A stretch of DNA of 63,328 nt, the filler included, from Deltaproteobacteria bacterium (GTDB lineage: Bacteria; JAEEML01): assembly GCA_016283195.1 (NCBI GenBank). It is 7 parts of 7 records of this genome, joined end to end, with 100 filler letters (N's around TTAATTAATTAA, not from the genome) between each part and the next. Parts side by side here need not be neighbours in the genome. Positions count along the whole stretch, not along the records: positions 57,859 to 63,328 come from JAEEML010000185.1; 6 more parts are not named here. One strand, written 5' to 3'. The notes beneath the pieces are model-generated. The model saw only the letters and a list, made by a program, of their open reading frames with translations. It did not search any database and was not told the DNA's origin. This document shows positions 62,037 to 63,328 of the stretch, one piece after another. Position 1 is the stretch's first letter; the number at the start of each line of letters is the position of its first letter. The translations under genes and the position numbers were made by a program.

Positions 62037-62068
62037 ACTCCGAAAATATGTGGCTAACCACAACTTTT
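62037..62068. repeat. 32-bp direct repeat, upstream copy containing the ATPase RBS
   Basis: Identical to 60734-60765; internal palindrome TGTGG-CTAA-CCACA. Confidence 0.95.
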
Positions 62069-62335
62069 CGTAATACGATTGTCTTATTCTGACAAAAAAT
62101 GCAAGGCCTTTCTGAAAACATTTAAAAAGATAATTTTCCCGGCCTTTAATATCGGTAACCACGGCTTTTTAAGAGCCCTTTTCATCAGCTGGGTGTCGTT
62201 ATAAGAGCGCTAAAGCAGTATCCATAACACCAATAATATAAACTTGAAGTCCCCGGTCTTAATCTTCGTTTTTTTGGCAATCAATGCACTTTTTTTACGA
62301 TTTTTGGGGGAGTGAAACTTTTAGAGGCTTTATTT

Positions 62336-62446
62336 CGCCCGCCGCAGGCGGGCGGATCGCGCCATTTTTCAAAATTTTACAGGGTACCCTGTATATTAGG
62401 TATTGAAAATACCTAAACCATTTTTCCGTGCCCATTGGCACAAGGA
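62336..62446 (+). repeat. Multi-palindrome leader element, copy 2
   Basis: Homologous to 59239-59350, with a compensatory change in the third hairpin. Confidence 0.85.
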
Positions 62447-62454
62447 AGGAATGG

Positions 62455-62904
62455 ATGGCCGAAAACCTGGCTACCGACACCGATACTGACAGCAATCCGG
62501 TAACCTGTGATGCCAACACCGAAGCCGATCCGGATTTTGTAGAACATTACGGCTGCCTTTACACCTGGGAAGAAGCCCAAAAAGTGTGCCCAAAGGGCTG
62601 GCATTTACCGAGCCAAGCCGAGTTTGAAACACTTATAAACTTTGTTGGCAACGATGCTGCAACTAGTTCAAAAAATCTCCGGGCCGAAAGCTTTGCAGAT
62701 GGCAAAGATTTATATGGCTTTGCCGCACTACCGGCTGGTTCTTACGCTAATCAACACACAGGCTTTGGAACATACGCCAACTTCTGGTCTGGAGCAGAGC
62801 TAAATAATAACAGCGCCTATTTAATGTTTATAATCTCAAATGGGATTAATTTAACCACTATCAACAAGACTTATTATCACTCAGTTCGTTGCCTCAAGAA
62901 CTAA
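62455..62904 (+). CDS. Stand-alone, N-terminally deleted FISUMP domain (possible pseudogene)
   Basis: KEWMAENL, YGCLYTW, VCPKGWHLPS, HSVRCLKN; no signal peptide; start uncertain (GTG 62428 or ATG 62455). Confidence 0.75.
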   Translation: MAENLATDTDTDSNPVTCDANTEADPDFVEHYGCLYTWEEAQKVCPKGWHLPSQAEFETLINFVGNDAATSSKNLRAESFADGKDLYGFAALPAGSYANQHTGFGTYANFWSGAELNNNSAYLMFIISNGINLTTINKTYYHSVRCLKN

Positions 62905-62917
62905 GCAGCACAAATAA

Positions 62918-62949
62918 ATACACCACACGGCTTTCGCCGTGTGATGTAT
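62918..62949. terminator. Strong hairpin between convergent genes
   Basis: ATACA-C-CACACGGC-TTTC-GCCGTGTG-A-TGTAT; no clear U-tract. Confidence 0.45.
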
Positions 62950-63081
62950 CATCTCCCCAGCGCATATCAAGACTTGTCTTTGTCCTACCTTGTAGAGCTT
63001 TGGGTAATATAGCTTCTCTACTTTTGTCAAGTGTTTTTTAGAAAAATTTGAATAGGTTGGCTGAAAGAAATCTTTACACTA

Positions 63082-63328
63082 CTAATCAAGCAATTTTACA
63101 TCTATTTCCGCAAACTCGGCTGCTTCTTCTTTGCTGTGACCAAGGGCCATGAATTTTTTGGCCAAAAGCAATTTGCCCTTTTCCATGCCTTCTGCTCTAC
63201 CTTCCTCCCGGCCATCTTCCCAGCCGGCTTTGCGGATAGCTGCCTGGTCACGCAGAAATTTTTCCCGCAAAAATGCCTTGCTAGACATATAATCGTTTTC
63301 CTTAAAATTCTTAAACCATTCACTGGCA
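63082..63328 (-). CDS. C-terminal part of an Rpn/PD-(D/E)XK_2-like protein, cut by the window end
   Basis: REKFLRD..GREEGRAEGMEKG..AKK..G.S.EE tail typical of this family. Confidence 0.65.
   Translation of the reverse strand, partial: ASEWFKNFKENDYMSSKAFLREKFLRDQAAIRKAGWEDGREEGRAEGMEKGKLLLAKKFMALGHSKEEAAEFAEIDVKLLD

Noticed and set aside
59357-62904. Diversity-generating retroelement targeting FISUMP genes
   Set aside because: No reverse transcriptase in the window and no near-identical template/variable repeat pair; paralogue differences are not confined to adenines
62918-62949. IS200/IS605 end hairpin
   Set aside because: Shape is reminiscent, but no tnpA/tnpB is adjacent; a terminator-like hairpin is the simpler reading

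Overview
The window is a concatenation of seven contig pieces joined by six artificial 100-nt spacers (N runs around TTAATTAATTAA), so gene adjacency across spacers is not real. The genome is a diderm bacterium; AMIN, LptD, an extended NusA, many Cys-rich lipoproteins and a fibre-like secreted protein suggest a Myxococcota/deltaproteobacterial MAG (inference). Housekeeping genes: ribD, pheS-pheT, cinA/pncC-like, prfC, rimP-nusA-ylxR-infB, mnmG, cstA, an RsmB-family methyltransferase and a YhcC-type radical SAM gene. Accessory content: a flotillin pair plus a TPR membrane protein, three FISUMP-domain genes, two AAA-like/PD-(D/E)XK paralogues, two AAA_14/DUF4143-type ATPases, a YoeB-type TA pair, a decayed MazF-type TA pair and an Rpn-like fragment. 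The most interesting signals are non-coding. (1) Each AAA/PD-(D/E)XK gene is faced by a consensus sigma70 promoter driving a conserved ~85-nt segment, in a repeated unit carrying a different lipoprotein each time. (2) Both DUF4143-type ATPases are associated with palindromic direct repeats. (3) A promoter-bearing repeat occurs three times at accessory-module boundaries. (4) A chain of palindromes with a compensatory substitution precedes two FISUMP genes. (5) A REP/MITE-like family has four copies, one inserted in frame into a gene. No rRNA, tRNA, CRISPR array or reverse transcriptase was recognised. All family assignments are by eye from motifs, not database searches.
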